A DNA stretch of 62,624 bases, the filler included, from Globobulimina sp. (Eukaryota): assembly GCA_003354225.1 (NCBI GenBank). It is 19 parts of 19 records of this genome, joined end to end, with 100 filler letters (N's around TTAATTAATTAA, not from the genome) between each part and the next. Parts side by side here need not be neighbours in the genome. Positions count along the whole stretch, not along the records: positions 46,232 to 49,430 come from PIVH01003438.1; positions 49,531 to 52,729 come from PIVH01003439.1; positions 52,830 to 56,028 come from PIVH01003440.1; positions 56,129 to 59,326 come from PIVH01003441.1; positions 59,427 to 62,624 come from PIVH01003442.1; 14 more parts are not named here. One strand, given 5' to 3'. The notes beneath the pieces are model-generated. The model had not been told where the DNA came from, did no database searches, and saw nothing but the letters and a program-made list of their open reading frames with translations. Shown here piece after piece: positions 49,201 through 61,333 of this stretch (positions are counted from its first letter, which is position 1; every line of letters starts with the position of its first letter). Both the position numbers and the translations under genes were made by a program.

Positions 49201-49430
49201 CCAGCTGCATTGGCACATTATTCACCGTCTGAATCGGAGAGTGCTGAGCATGGTTATACCACACCGGATGAAGTTCGGCGCCGATACCGCCATTCGGAGC
49301 GGTTGTGGCGCAAACGACAACGGGGTGAGGGTCCCGGTGGCAAAGTGGGGAAGAAGCATGGCTTAGGCCGTGCGTTAGGTGGCATGTTTAAGGACGTCAA
49401 TTACCACCCCGATCGACTGTTAAACTCTCA
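46232..49430 (+). CDS. Charge-block low-complexity protein with a duplicated Cys module, both ends truncated
   Basis: Poly-Arg, D/E/Y-rich and Lys-rich blocks, with two copies of QRKCLH.W..RLCLCQFL...D..K.KC.P.G. Probable intron ~46420-46487. Confidence 0.75.
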
Positions 49431-49743
49431 NNNNNNNNNNNNNNNNNNNNNNNNNNNNNNNNNNNNNNNNNNNNTTAATTAATTAANNNNNNNNNNNNNN
49501 NNNNNNNNNNNNNNNNNNNNNNNNNNNNNNATTCAAATGCTAATTTAACGGTTTTGTTGCTAAATTAGACGTTGCAAAAATGTTGCGTTTTAAGGTTTCA
49601 AAGTGTAAAATAAGTAGAATATATTTCCCTTAATCTAGCAGTTTAATTTTAAACTCCTAAAAAGACAGTTTAAAAGAAAGTCAGTCTGCGAAAACTGTAA
49701 AAACGTTCTAACCATAGACCATTTCGCAGGAAGCAAAAAGCAA

Positions 49744-52325
49744 ATGGCCGGTGTGAATGAAGAAAGCAATCAAGATATCGATGAAAAATGCAAACCAGAA
49801 ACAACGTTGACCAATGATGATGATTTGCAACTTTACCAATCTGTATTTAACATGTTTTCAAGCCCATATGCGCCATATCAGCAAAATAATATTATTGGTG
49901 AGCTACTGGAGCCTGATCTGTTAGGTATTAACACGGACCATGTTTACAACAATGATCGTTATGATAATTATGGAGAAGAATGCACTGCAAATACCTCATC
50001 AATCAAAGATGGATGCAATCAGACAAAAAGAATTATTGCCGCATTAAAGCACTATCAATGTCTGGACGTTATCAACAATGAAAACGATAAAGCAGAATTA
50101 GTAAAGCATTGCCACCAAAAATATAAATCATTATTGGACGATTATATTCATATTTTGGTGGAACATAATAACCAAAAAGATTTAGATGAAATACGTGATT
50201 CGCTGGCAATGGATTGTAACATTCAAAAGTGTTTATTCTCAGTCCGACATTTTAGAAACAGGAACAATGATAAATATATTGAGGAAAACGAAGAAGTAAC
50301 GTTTTACAGAGATATTATGGACGCAATGCATTGTTATTTAATGCATTTATATGACTGTGGTTTGCGTGTTAAAATGGATAAAATTGAACAAAAACAAGCA
50401 GATCGCGGTCGATTCTTTGATCAGAAGTTTTCATCCATTTGTGAGCAAATAAAAAAACAGCAACAGAAATCCAAACACATTGTTAACTATAACGAGCAGA
50501 ACAAATTTGATGTGATGCCACAGAATGAAAATTATAAAGATTTTGCATTCATGGATGGCTTTTATGCCTTCATGACGCGACAGATCAATACGCCAAAGAT
50601 GCAGCAAATAAATACATTGCTCACTCAACACGAATATGACTCTGATGTCGTACATTTAGATATTAACTGCAATGATTGTAACGACGACGGCACAAATTCC
50701 AATATTGGACAACATTTAGCAAATAAAATCCAGTACGATTCAATCAAGAAATATATGCTTGATATCAAACGTATGTTAGATGTGTTGAACTGGAACATGT
50801 TCATTTTTGTATACATATTGATAAATAATTAAATAAAGTGCACAAACATACGTTTATCATTGGCCATAGGTTTTATTATTGGCAATATTACAAATATCAA
50901 CGTGAAGAATCAGATGGTGATAATTCAGATGATTCGTGGGATGAATTGGATGCTAAACGGAATGAGTTATTTGTAGAGGCAAAATATGCATCCATTAAAG
51001 AAGAAATATTAACGAATACAATCTGTCCCCTCAAACAGCACAAATATCGAATAAGTATTCACAAAGCAAATAAATACATACAGACAAAGCAACGAAATGA
51101 GACAATATGTTATGTCGACTATTTACATTACGATCTTGACAGCGGAACGGTGCTGTCTTTGGAACACATACTATCCGTTATTTTGTATTGTGACTGGACA
51201 GATTTATGCAGCGCTTTTTCAGCCACATTCCGGCAAAAGAATCCCTACGAATCGCAGCTTGCGATCAAGCAAAGAAATCGTCAATTTGCGCAATGGTCTA
51301 AATTGTTGCGGGAAACAGTGGAATGTTTTGGTTTTACGTTTGGTGACATGATAACGGGCCCATTCTTCTGTGGCATGTCATTTGTGATTGTTATGCAAGA
51401 ATTTCATATACGATTATGCGGCCCGACGAGTACAAGCAGACAAATTGCAGTCGCTCACCGGTTTGGAGGCGATAAAGGCATTATAATGCAATTAAATAAT
51501 GATAATTTTGATGATACTGACTTACCGCTGTTTGGCTGTTCGTGGCTGTCAAATTACCCCGGCGAGGATGAGTGGCTTTTTGTTGGTGGTTTGTGTAAGT
51601 TAAGGATTGAGAATGTGTTCATTGTGCAAATGAAGCAGGATTTTGAACCATTCTTTAAATGTTTATTTGATTTTGATTGTATGTTAGATGGCAGTCAGCC
51701 ACATATGTTGTATGAGGCTGATCTCTGCGATGATGATCATTTAATATTGGATGAGTTAATTAGGCATAAATTGAAAATAAATGGATTCGTAAATAGTTAT
51801 ATCAAATATATTAATAATACATTTGACGCATTTATTAATCATAAAACTCAAATTGTCCTTAATTTGCATTTTATTAATGAATATTTTTCAGGCATTTCTG
51901 GTTTGATTTTGAATCCATTGCTTTGTATCGACAGTGCTGAGAAAAGAAAAGAAAAATTGCCGATAATCCCATTAAATCTTGGAGCTACAAATGTATTTAA
52001 AGCAATAACATTGGATTTGTTTCCAAATGTAAAAGATATTTTGATTCATACTACGAGTACATCAGCATTTGAGCTATTAATTTATCCGTTTGATTTGTTA
52101 TCGTTGTTACACAATATACATTCATCCCCATTATGGACTACAAATGATCTTAAAATTACAATCACTGCACATTGCTATGATGAAGTTAGACGGAGTTGGA
52201 TATTTGATGTATTTTCAACATCCATTGCTGCAGAATTGCAAAATAAAAATTTAACTGCTCATTTAGTAGAAACAACGGATGATACAGGTTCAAAACAGGA
52301 CAGTCTAATCATTACAAAGCAATGA
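49744..52325 (+). CDS. Full-length ARTC-like ADP-ribosyltransferase-domain family protein; intron 50771-50838
   Basis: LLDDYIHIL..H, HFR.R, DAMHCYLMH.YD.G.R; then HILSVILYCD...FSATFR, FFCG, GPTSTS, WLSNYPGEDEWLF. Confidence 0.75.
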
Positions 52326-52854
52326 TGCTTTCCATTGTTTTATTAATTTGAATCTATATAAAATGTTGCATGGTTGTTGTGTTTGACTGTTTGTAATTAA
52401 GTGTAATAATTGGTAACAAATGCAGGACATAAGTCCGATTCTGGACAGGCTTTCTTGTGAAATGCCAGCATATATTGGATGCTCAATTGCAATAATAATC
52501 ATAATCGTGAACAATTTTACTGAGTCTCCTTTGTACAAACTGACACCAAATCTATATTCTGTTTGTTTAAAATTACACTTGCTGTGCCATTATTAGAAAT
52601 ACAACAACCTACTTGAGCTAAAAAGTAAAAAAAAAACAAGTTGGAGTAAGAAGAACAGTATCAATATTATTACATAGTAAAAAGAAGAGTGTATTAATAT
52701 TATTCTTCATGCATCACAGAGATAGCAGGNNNNNNNNNNNNNNNNNNNNNNNNNNNNNNNNNNNNNNNNNNNNTTAATTAATTAANNNNNNNNNNNNNNN
52801 NNNNNNNNNNNNNNNNNNNNNNNNNNNNNGTGCAGTGTTTTTGGTGGAGTGAAA

Positions 52855-53928
52855 TCATTTATAATCTTTTAGATTGAGTATTTTTTTATTAGCAATATCT
52901 TTCGGTTTCCTTTTATATTGAAATGGTAAATTTAGCAATGAGTCCAGCCATGGCTCGTGTGGTGGTTTATAATCTCGAACCCAATCACTTAAAACATCTT
53001 TCTGTTCAATTAATATTTCAACTTCTGATAAACCATTTTTTGTCTCAAATAATATGTCAATTGAATCAACCACAATTACCCATTCATCATCAATCGATTT
53101 TTTGTGTTTTTTGGATTCATCAATCCCTAAAAAATCATCCCAATCATTGTATTGAACTATATTGTTAGGGACAGCATCATATTTATATTCAAAAAATAAC
53201 TCATCGATATGATCAAATATCTCTCTGTAACTACCGTTGTATGGAGGTATTGGCATTTTAATGTCTCTTCGCCAAATTCTCCGTTCCTTTTCATCAATTT
53301 TTACATTGAATAATTCATTCAAAATTGAGTCGTGATCAGTTTGATAGTGTTTTGTTTCCTTTTTTTTCTTTTCAAGTCGAACCGCAGAAATTACAGTTTG
53401 TGATTTAAAAAACTCATCAATCAAAATATCCAATGTATGATATCCAAATATGACAAATAATTTATGTGACTGTTGTAAGGGCTGTGCATTTTCATCGCCT
53501 AAATAAATATGAATAAAGGCAGGATGAGCCAAATAAATTATTGTTAAAATCTCTACACATTCGGGAATAATCACATCATCAAACACTAAACATTTATGTT
53601 TAAAATAGCAGGAAATGAGATATTTTGCAGCTGGACTTATTTTTGAAATTTGTTTGATTTCTTTAGTTAACATTCCATCCTTTATTCCTGTTGCTGGTTT
53701 TCGTTTGTTTTTATCAGCTTTTGGTTTAATACCATTGTTGTTGAATAATTTTGAAACATCATTGTTTGGGCTTGGATCGTCAATGTATTCCCATAAAATA
53801 TCATTCGAAATATTGTTTTCTGGTGGCGTGGGCTCATTTAATACATCAAAATCTTGTTTTATTTTGTCGTTACAATTAAATATATGGTCTATTTGATTGA
53901 TACTGTCAAAGTCAAACAAATCATCCAT
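52855..53928 (-). CDS. Hypothetical protein (357 aa)
   Basis: Single long ORF containing a YLISCYFK...IPECVEIL..IY module. Confidence 0.6.
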   Translation of the reverse strand: MDDLFDFDSINQIDHIFNCNDKIKQDFDVLNEPTPPENNISNDILWEYIDDPSPNNDVSKLFNNNGIKPKADKNKRKPATGIKDGMLTKEIKQISKISPAAKYLISCYFKHKCLVFDDVIIPECVEILTIIYLAHPAFIHIYLGDENAQPLQQSHKLFVIFGYHTLDILIDEFFKSQTVISAVRLEKKKKETKHYQTDHDSILNELFNVKIDEKERRIWRRDIKMPIPPYNGSYREIFDHIDELFFEYKYDAVPNNIVQYNDWDDFLGIDESKKHKKSIDDEWVIVVDSIDILFETKNGLSEVEILIEQKDVLSDWVRDYKPPHEPWLDSLLNLPFQYKRKPKDIANKKILNLKDYK

Positions 53929-54292
53929 TATTTGAAAAAAAACGCCTCTGACTAACGATATATTCAGATAGATAACCCACTCAGCCGCTGTATATCCTGC
54001 ACGTTATTTGTATATTTCAGATTTTGTGCAAGGATTATACAGAACTAGTCTACAATTTGCTGACCATTTGCTAGTGAGACATTTTTAACATAAATTTAAG
54101 ATTTAGCGTTAGAAATAAATTTAAGATTTAGACAACAAAACAAAAAGAAAAGAAAAAAACAACAAAAAAAGTAACGGTATATTGTAAGTAAATTAATATA
54201 TATATAAGAAAAGGGACGGAAACAAAAACAAAAACAAAACATATGTAATAAAACAGTTAAAATTAGTACGTCGATTGAATGGGAAAAAATAT

Positions 54293-55694
54293 TTAAATTT
54301 CAGAAGTTTTATATAATGTATTTATTGGAGGAGGTACCTGGATGGACTGCGTTGATACTGACTGAGCCATCATACTCGTCGCAGGAAATGAGCCCGACTG
54401 AACACGCACTGTATGAACAATATTATCCTCAAATTCTTTCATCATCTGTTTTTTTTGATTTTTCATCACCAAACATACAGAACAGCAACACACCGCAATT
54501 AAACACAAAATAGCGCCTAAAACACCTGCTAGCATTGCATAACTCAATGTTAATGATACTGAGTCTTTATCCGATGCTGATCCATGCCCTTTAACCACTC
54601 CCTCCGTAGGCCGCATGGATGGATTTGCTGTCGGCGCAGTTGGTGCAGAAGATGGCTGTTGTGACGGCGCATCGGTTTGCTCCGTTGGTGAGCGAGAGGG
54701 AGAATTCGATGGCATGGAAGGAGAACGCGTTGGATATTGCGTAGGAGAAGTCGACGGGAACTTGCTGGGGAAGGGAGTAGGCGGCGTCGAAGGAACCTGC
54801 GAAGGACTCATAGTGGGCGATTTGGACGGAGCTGCTGTGGGTTGCGAAGTGTTTGCGTCGCGGAATGACACTTCAATTTCATAGGCAACCAAGTTAATAG
54901 TACCAAACTGAATGGATAATGTAACGTCAGTCAATGAATTATAAACTAATGAATGACGGTCAAAGACACCCAAATCATAATAATTATTGTCGACAATAAC
55001 CGCGACGGTGAGTAATCTGAAAGCATTGTTAATTTGCATATTAATCTCCAATTCATTGTTTTCGAACACGTTGAAAGTACCATAGGGAGCGATACTGCCT
55101 TTCGTAAAACTCAGTACATTGGGCATGCAATCTTTGGTCAATATCCACGCGGTGTCAATGCCAGGAATGCCGGTTTGCGTCCACCATAAACAGGTATACA
55201 AATTATTCATATATCGCACTGTTTCAGTCACGCCCTCAGTGGCACAGTATGCCGTATTCATATCGTAGGCGGTATACGTGTCATTGGCGCACATTTCGGT
55301 GACGGTTCGTAACTCGTTGTCCGTGGAGGAGACGGTTATCTGAGTGTCGATGGGTTGGGCTGCATCCCAGGTCAATGCGTGCGGGTTTGTGTTGGGACAG
55401 AAAGTCTCCACGGTGTAAATAAAGGAGTCGGTCCATTCGCATTTGTGGAATGCGGTTTTGTCGCTGATTAACTGGTTTGTATTGCGGAAGTCGTAATTTT
55501 GAGAGATGGTCACTGGGCTATTTATCCAGTTAATTATCTCTTTGTTGGTGACGATCCACGTGTTGTCCCAGGCCAATGCCCAGGCAATAAAATCATTCAA
55601 CGCGTCCACATTGCTCTGCGTGTCCAGCCATATCGAATGGAAATATAAACCCATCGGGGCTTTGTTGGTCTGCAGGCGATGTAGAAAAGTGGTC
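54293..55694 (-). CDS. Chitin/polysaccharide deacetylase (CE4) C-terminal part, CBM5/12-like module, Pro/Thr/Ser stalk and TM anchor
   Basis: FLHRLQTNKAPMGLYFHSIWL...WIVTNKEIINWINSP resembles the end of animal-type CDA domains; VRYMNNLYTCLWWTQTGIPGIDTAW; PTxxPS repeats; TM helix. Confidence 0.75.
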
Positions 55695-56204
55695 TGTATT
55701 ATAAATTAATTAGAGATCATTTGCAAATTGAGAGAATTATACGGATTTGTAATCTGAAAATGTAAACATCTCAAAATCCGAACATGTAAATGTCAGCAAA
55801 ACCGAACATCTCAAAATCATAATTATATTTGGAAAGGTCAGCAAAACCGGTTTGCATCACTTTGTCCACAATGCAGATTCAATGGGAATAACGTTTCCAA
55901 ACATAAGCACAATTTCGTCAGATTTCTGAATATGAAATGCTGACATTAAAATCAGACTGTTTTGAAACCAAAAATAATTATATAAAAGGCCTGATCGATC
56001 CAAAGAATATAATTCAAACTGAAATCGTNNNNNNNNNNNNNNNNNNNNNNNNNNNNNNNNNNNNNNNNNNNNTTAATTAATTAANNNNNNNNNNNNNNNN
56101 NNNNNNNNNNNNNNNNNNNNNNNNNNNNATTGCCAAAGTGGAGAGGACTTCGTTTTTTACACTTGTCGCCATGATGACTAGTAGTGCTACACTTTTTTTT
56201 TTTA

Positions 56205-56241
56205 GATATTGACGTTTTTTGAAGTGAGCTAGTCAATCATC
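56205..56241. repeat. Dispersed repeat, partial copy
   Basis: GATATTGACGTTTTTTGAAGTGAGCTAGTCAATCATC. Confidence 0.65.
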
Positions 56242-56291
56242 CACGGCAACAATACTGTGTGTCGTTTCTCGATAATTTTAGATAATTTAGA

Positions 56292-57670
56292 ATGTCTGCC
56301 ATTACTAAGGAAATCATCAGCTGCCATTATGATGTTAAACCATATCGTGATGCATTTCATGGAAGGAACAGTCCACGTTATTTATTATGTTGTTCATTCA
56401 TATTATTTATGCTATTAACTATTATCTCTGGATTACTGCTTAGCTCATCACCAAATACATACGATTCCGCAATATCTGATACTTTTATGACACAGATGAC
56501 ATCACTCATCAATTTAAATCGAAGCACCATTTTACGCGACATGAAGGATGTATATCCATTAGATTTACAACTGTCAATATCAGCAAATGAAATAACATCA
56601 AATAAACAATTTCCAATTTGTTTTGCTGCTCCACAGTTTTTAATGCCGTTATTACAAAACCCATCGCCTGATATCGATGGAGATGACCTACAAAAAACAA
56701 CACAAGAAACAATTTCTGATATCGATGATATCAAAAAAGCATATTATAACACTCAAAATGATATATTCACAAAGGATTGGTTAAAGGCACCGGCATTTTT
56801 TAAGGATCGTCAACAAGGAAATGATATTTTTGCCGCTCCCGATGAGGATGATCCATTTTCAGATATACGGATCGAAGATATATGGGAGTCACTCATTGGA
56901 TATACGTTCGATCCACAATGTATTATTCGAATTGATCCGAGTTCCAATGCAATATTGAAACAATTGGATGCTGCAAATGTAGAAACATCACAACAGAATC
57001 ATATCCTGTGCAGCAGCAAAAATAATGTTGTGTTTCTATTGCAATTTGCAAACATAACATCGATATTTGTTTGTTTTTGTGTGTACTAAAACAGGTTCTC
57101 TCAGTGATGAAACCTTCGCTGATTGTCATAAATCCAGACAATGGAATGGTATATCAACTAAATGTAAATACATTTTATTCAGATAGCGCACAATGTTATG
57201 CCTATCAAAATACATTGCATTATGACCGGATGGATAAGGAAATATTTGATAAATTATTATCTCCACAAAATGATGCGCTTAACCAATATTTTGATGATAT
57301 GAGCCGATGGATGTATGCGTTTTTATTATTTGTCGTAATCGTTGTTGTCGTCATATATTTTGGATGGATGGCTTTTATTTTGAGCTGTATGTTGTTGGAA
57401 GCATTTCTGTCTACCTTTATTGTTTGGATTATAATTTTATTTTTGAGATTTCTTTCCGTATTTCAACAATTTGAGAATATATCGCCTACATTGGCGCAAA
57501 TTTGGAGGATCAATGTGTTGATTTGTGTTCCGGATTTTACGTTTGTTCGATTGATGCAAGCAACTTCGATTTCATTTTATTGGAGAATTGCTGCCAGGGT
57601 TATTCTCACATTATTACTCATTTTTGATATATATCAACATGATGCACCAAATAATAGACAGCTTGTTTAA
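56292..57670 (+). CDS. Hypothetical membrane protein, probably spliced
   Basis: ORFs 56292-57089 and 57071-57670 with TM helices and an intron-like T-rich junction. Confidence 0.5.
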
Positions 57671-57755
57671 ATAAATACGCATGTCACTGTTCTTTCGATT
57701 GAAACAAAAATGTGCTGATTAAAATGTATTTTTTTTTGATTACATGTACTTCAAC

Positions 57756-57881
57756 GATAACCCCTGGTCGATAAGTTGTATACATTTGATTCAGGGTTGT
57801 TATAATCCACCACAAAGTCAGAACAAATTTATAATTGAATGTATACAGAGGGATGGGGGGTTATCCAAACAGAGGGGTTAT
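57756..57881. repeat. Inverted-repeat element related to 23127-23197
   Basis: ATAACCCCT...AGGGGTTAT; GTATACAGAGGG...GGGGGGTTATC. Confidence 0.45.
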
Positions 57882-57912
57882 TTTTAGAAAATAGTTAGTT
57901 AGCAGTACTCTT

Positions 57913-58980
57913 ATGATGGAAATTGAACAATTATTTAGTATTCTAAAACTAGTTTGTTCGAATGATGCCATTCGAACCGACACTCAATTTACAAACGATT
58001 ACGAAGTCGTTCTGTATCAATTTCGTCATTGGTGTTATACAAATAAATTTAATTACACTTCAATTCAATCTGACATCTACAGTCCAAACCCAAATCATTC
58101 ATTAGTTTTGCAATGGTTTCAACGCAACCGCCATATTCAAATCTACAACCAACTCGTTGATATTATCATAAATCAAACCCAAAAGATACAACAGCAACAA
58201 TTGCAACTACAACTACAGCAACAACAACAACAAAAACACTCTTTTCAACATCAACCACAACCACAACAACAGCAGCAACATATGCCTAACACTAAAAATA
58301 TAATCATAAACCACAAACCTCCATCGCCTGCATCCGTCGTTCATTACCAATCCTATTCAAGTTCCAATGATGAGGACACCGATGACCCACTGATACAAAA
58401 TACCGAAGAGAGAGCTCACAGTAACTTCAAAAGCTATTATTACAATGATATTTATATCGACACTGATGACAACTCATACAACCACAAATTCAAATGTCTA
58501 ATAACGCCGACTGGCGCAGAGGCGGCCACAGTCACAGTCAAATACAGCTTATTTGAGTTTATTTTGTCATTGCAATCGCTGAATTTGTCCACCATCAACG
58601 CAGTGTGGCAGAAAATACCTAAAAACGAAGACGAAGTGATTGGAGATAAACAAAATCTATGTCTCTGTATACATATTTTAATTTGCATCGTTATTCAAAA
58701 CAAATATAAAAACAAAGCCAAAGCCACGGCTACGCCTAAGCACACTAACAATTATAATCAATTCCAAACAGATCCGAATTATTTGCGGTTCTTAGACGAC
58801 ATAACCTGTACATTATGCGACTCTTTTTTAACGAGGAGCGTGCGGCACAAATTAGCTCCAAATTGCTTGGCATTAAAGGATAACAAATCTGCCTCGCACA
58901 TTGTGATGGGATTTGGCGATTTGGTCGAAAATTTGCCAAAATGGCTCTTGGCCATAAACGATATCTTAGCACAGAAGTAA
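57913..58980 (+). CDS. Hypothetical protein with polyQ tract
   Basis: 355-aa ORF. Confidence 0.65.
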   Translation: MMEIEQLFSILKLVCSNDAIRTDTQFTNDYEVVLYQFRHWCYTNKFNYTSIQSDIYSPNPNHSLVLQWFQRNRHIQIYNQLVDIIINQTQKIQQQQLQLQLQQQQQQKHSFQHQPQPQQQQQHMPNTKNIIINHKPPSPASVVHYQSYSSSNDEDTDDPLIQNTEERAHSNFKSYYYNDIYIDTDDNSYNHKFKCLITPTGAEAATVTVKYSLFEFILSLQSLNLSTINAVWQKIPKNEDEVIGDKQNLCLCIHILICIVIQNKYKNKAKATATPKHTNNYNQFQTDPNYLRFLDDITCTLCDSFLTRSVRHKLAPNCLALKDNKSASHIVMGFGDLVENLPKWLLAINDILAQK

Positions 58981-59426
58981 ACGTATAAAATGTATCAATG
59001 CTCTTTCTTTTTACATTAAATGTGTCTCTCTTTGAATACAAAATGACTTTACAAAGTAAATTTTTTCCCCTTTTTTTTTGTGTTTTTCATAAGAATATGA
59101 CTTGACATTTGATATGACATTGCCAGGTCGTTTAAAATATGAGTTGCTGTCTTGTATAATTTAGTTTGTATTTACATTGAACAGCACCGTCATAAATATT
59201 TTGGATGACATTTCTATTTTTTTTAATTTTTGTGTTTTCTTCCAAGAAAAATTTTCTTTTGCTTTTTGTGTATTTTGTATTCTGTTTATTTATGTAATTT
59301 TTTTTTTATCTAAATTTATGACATTTNNNNNNNNNNNNNNNNNNNNNNNNNNNNNNNNNNNNNNNNNNNNTTAATTAATTAANNNNNNNNNNNNNNNNNN
59401 NNNNNNNNNNNNNNNNNNNNNNNNNN

Positions 59427-60952
59427 TGTGTGTTTTTAAAAATGTTGTCGGTGTGCATTATATTCATAGAATGTTGGAGTCATTGTTGGAATTAAGTATA
59501 TTTCTAATCGCATTTTATTTGAATAATAACAAGGATATAACTGTATTATTTACTGGCGATTTGATGCAGTCTGTGTTTATTATTGCGGTGATCGGTACGT
59601 TGATTATCCCGTTTTTATATTTAATATCATACCAATGGTTTATCATTGGTGGCGGCGAAGGTTTGGAGATGAATATATTCGGTTTCTTACATCATGCGCA
59701 CTGTGAAGATGATATCAGCCAATTTATCCGCTATGTGTACCGGGTCAAATCGTCCGTGAATAACCAGAATAAGTTTAATCGCACACCATTGATGGAAGCG
59801 GTGTTGCTAAAAAATTATGATTTAACTAAATTTTTATGCGAAATGACGGAACATATTGATTTATCCATTACGGATAACTACAATGATAAACAGATCATAC
59901 ATTATGTGGCGGAGATTGGTGACGCGCGTTTGATGAAATTGGTGTTGGATTGTAATAAAAAACAAGTTAAAGACGTGGATATTTTAAATGCAGTGTACGG
60001 GCCCCACCATAAAAACGCATTAATTATTTGTGCTGAAATGGGGCATTATCAATGCGGTGAGTTGTTATTAGGATATGGAGCTGATATAAATTATCAAGAT
60101 TCGTTCGGACGCACCGCTTTGCACTATGCCATATTTGGGCAATCCTCATCGTCGCTAAAATCTGCACAATCTCAATCTGAATTATGTGATCAATATACGA
60201 AATTAATTAAAGATATATTATCTTCCAAACCGAGTCTGAACATAGTTGACAAGAAACGAGAATGGACTGCGTTGTTCCAGGCAGTTGGTGGCGGCGGTAT
60301 ACATATCGTGGATTTATTGATTAATATTGGTTTATCGCCGTTGGATTCGATTGATATAAATGGTGAGAGTTTGCTGCATTGTGCGGTGAGGTATAATCGG
60401 TATAAAGTGTTGAAATATTTATTGACGCACAAAAATCCATACAATTTTAAATGGAATTTGCGGCATCAAAATAATAATCGCGAAACACCATTGAAATTGG
60501 CAATTTATGGGAAATATATGATATTTTTAAGATATTTAATAAAATATGGAAAGGAATGCGAAACATCGCTGATGAAAGGATTGTTGTTAGCAATTAAACT
60601 CAATTCGTTGCGCATTGTCCGAGTGCTGGTCCGAGAATTTAAGGTTGATCCCAACTTTTGTGACAAAGATGAGATGACACCGTTGCGATGGGCGGCCTTT
60701 CACGGATATAAATCAATTATGAAAGAATTATTAGTTGGTGGGGCAAGGGATGATTTTGACCAATTTGGACAAAATGCAGTGTTTTATGCAGCGAAAAATA
60801 ACCATTTACATATTTTGCAGTTGCTACACAAGGCAAATGCTGATTTTTGTGTGGTTAATTTTGATGGACAGACTGCGACGGATAAAACAAATAATAAAGA
60901 AACGATACAATTTATAAAACATGTTAGAAATATGCAAGTTGGATACCATTGA
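59427..60952 (+). CDS. Membrane protein with ~10 ankyrin repeats, 5' truncated
   Basis: RTPLMEAV, GRTALHYA, WTALFQAV, ETPLKLAI, MTPLRWAA, preceded by TM helices. Confidence 0.9.
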
Positions 60953-60995
60953 TTTTTTGTTTACTCTCCTTTCAGAAAGATCTGCTTTCAATTTG

Positions 60996-61216
60996 TATAC
61001 TTTAGAATAGGACCTGTTTGGAACACATTGTTTTTAAAATTACACTTTGAATTCAAAACATTTCGTTTTTGAAACACTGCCTGTTTATAGTGTATGGGCG
61101 TATGAATGTAATATTCTATACAGCATGAATTTAAAACATGATGAGTTTAAAATAAGCTCTTTAAATCAAAAATTTCCAAAAGGCAATATTCTAAACACGT
61201 CCTATTCTAAAGTATA
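60996..61216. mobile_element. MITE of Tc1/mariner (Stowaway-like) type, 221 bp including TA ends
   Basis: TATACTTTAGAATAGGAC...GTCCTATTCTAAAGTATA is a perfect 18-bp inverted repeat that extends to 28 bp with 2 mismatches. AT-rich non-coding interior. Confidence 0.8.
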
Positions 61217-61333
61217 GCATTAATTTTATTTATTTTTAGATTGGGTTTTGATTGTTTCTAAATATATATTTTAAATCCGAGGGAAATCCTCTTTTATGAT
61301 GTTTTTACTCAAATCCAACAACTAAAAAAAACC

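Noticed and set aside
3206-59426. Regularly spaced TTAATTAATTAA repeats
   Set aside because: Artificial six-frame-stop linkers embedded in N runs. Gene neighbourhoods across linkers are meaningless, and ORFs containing X are truncated.
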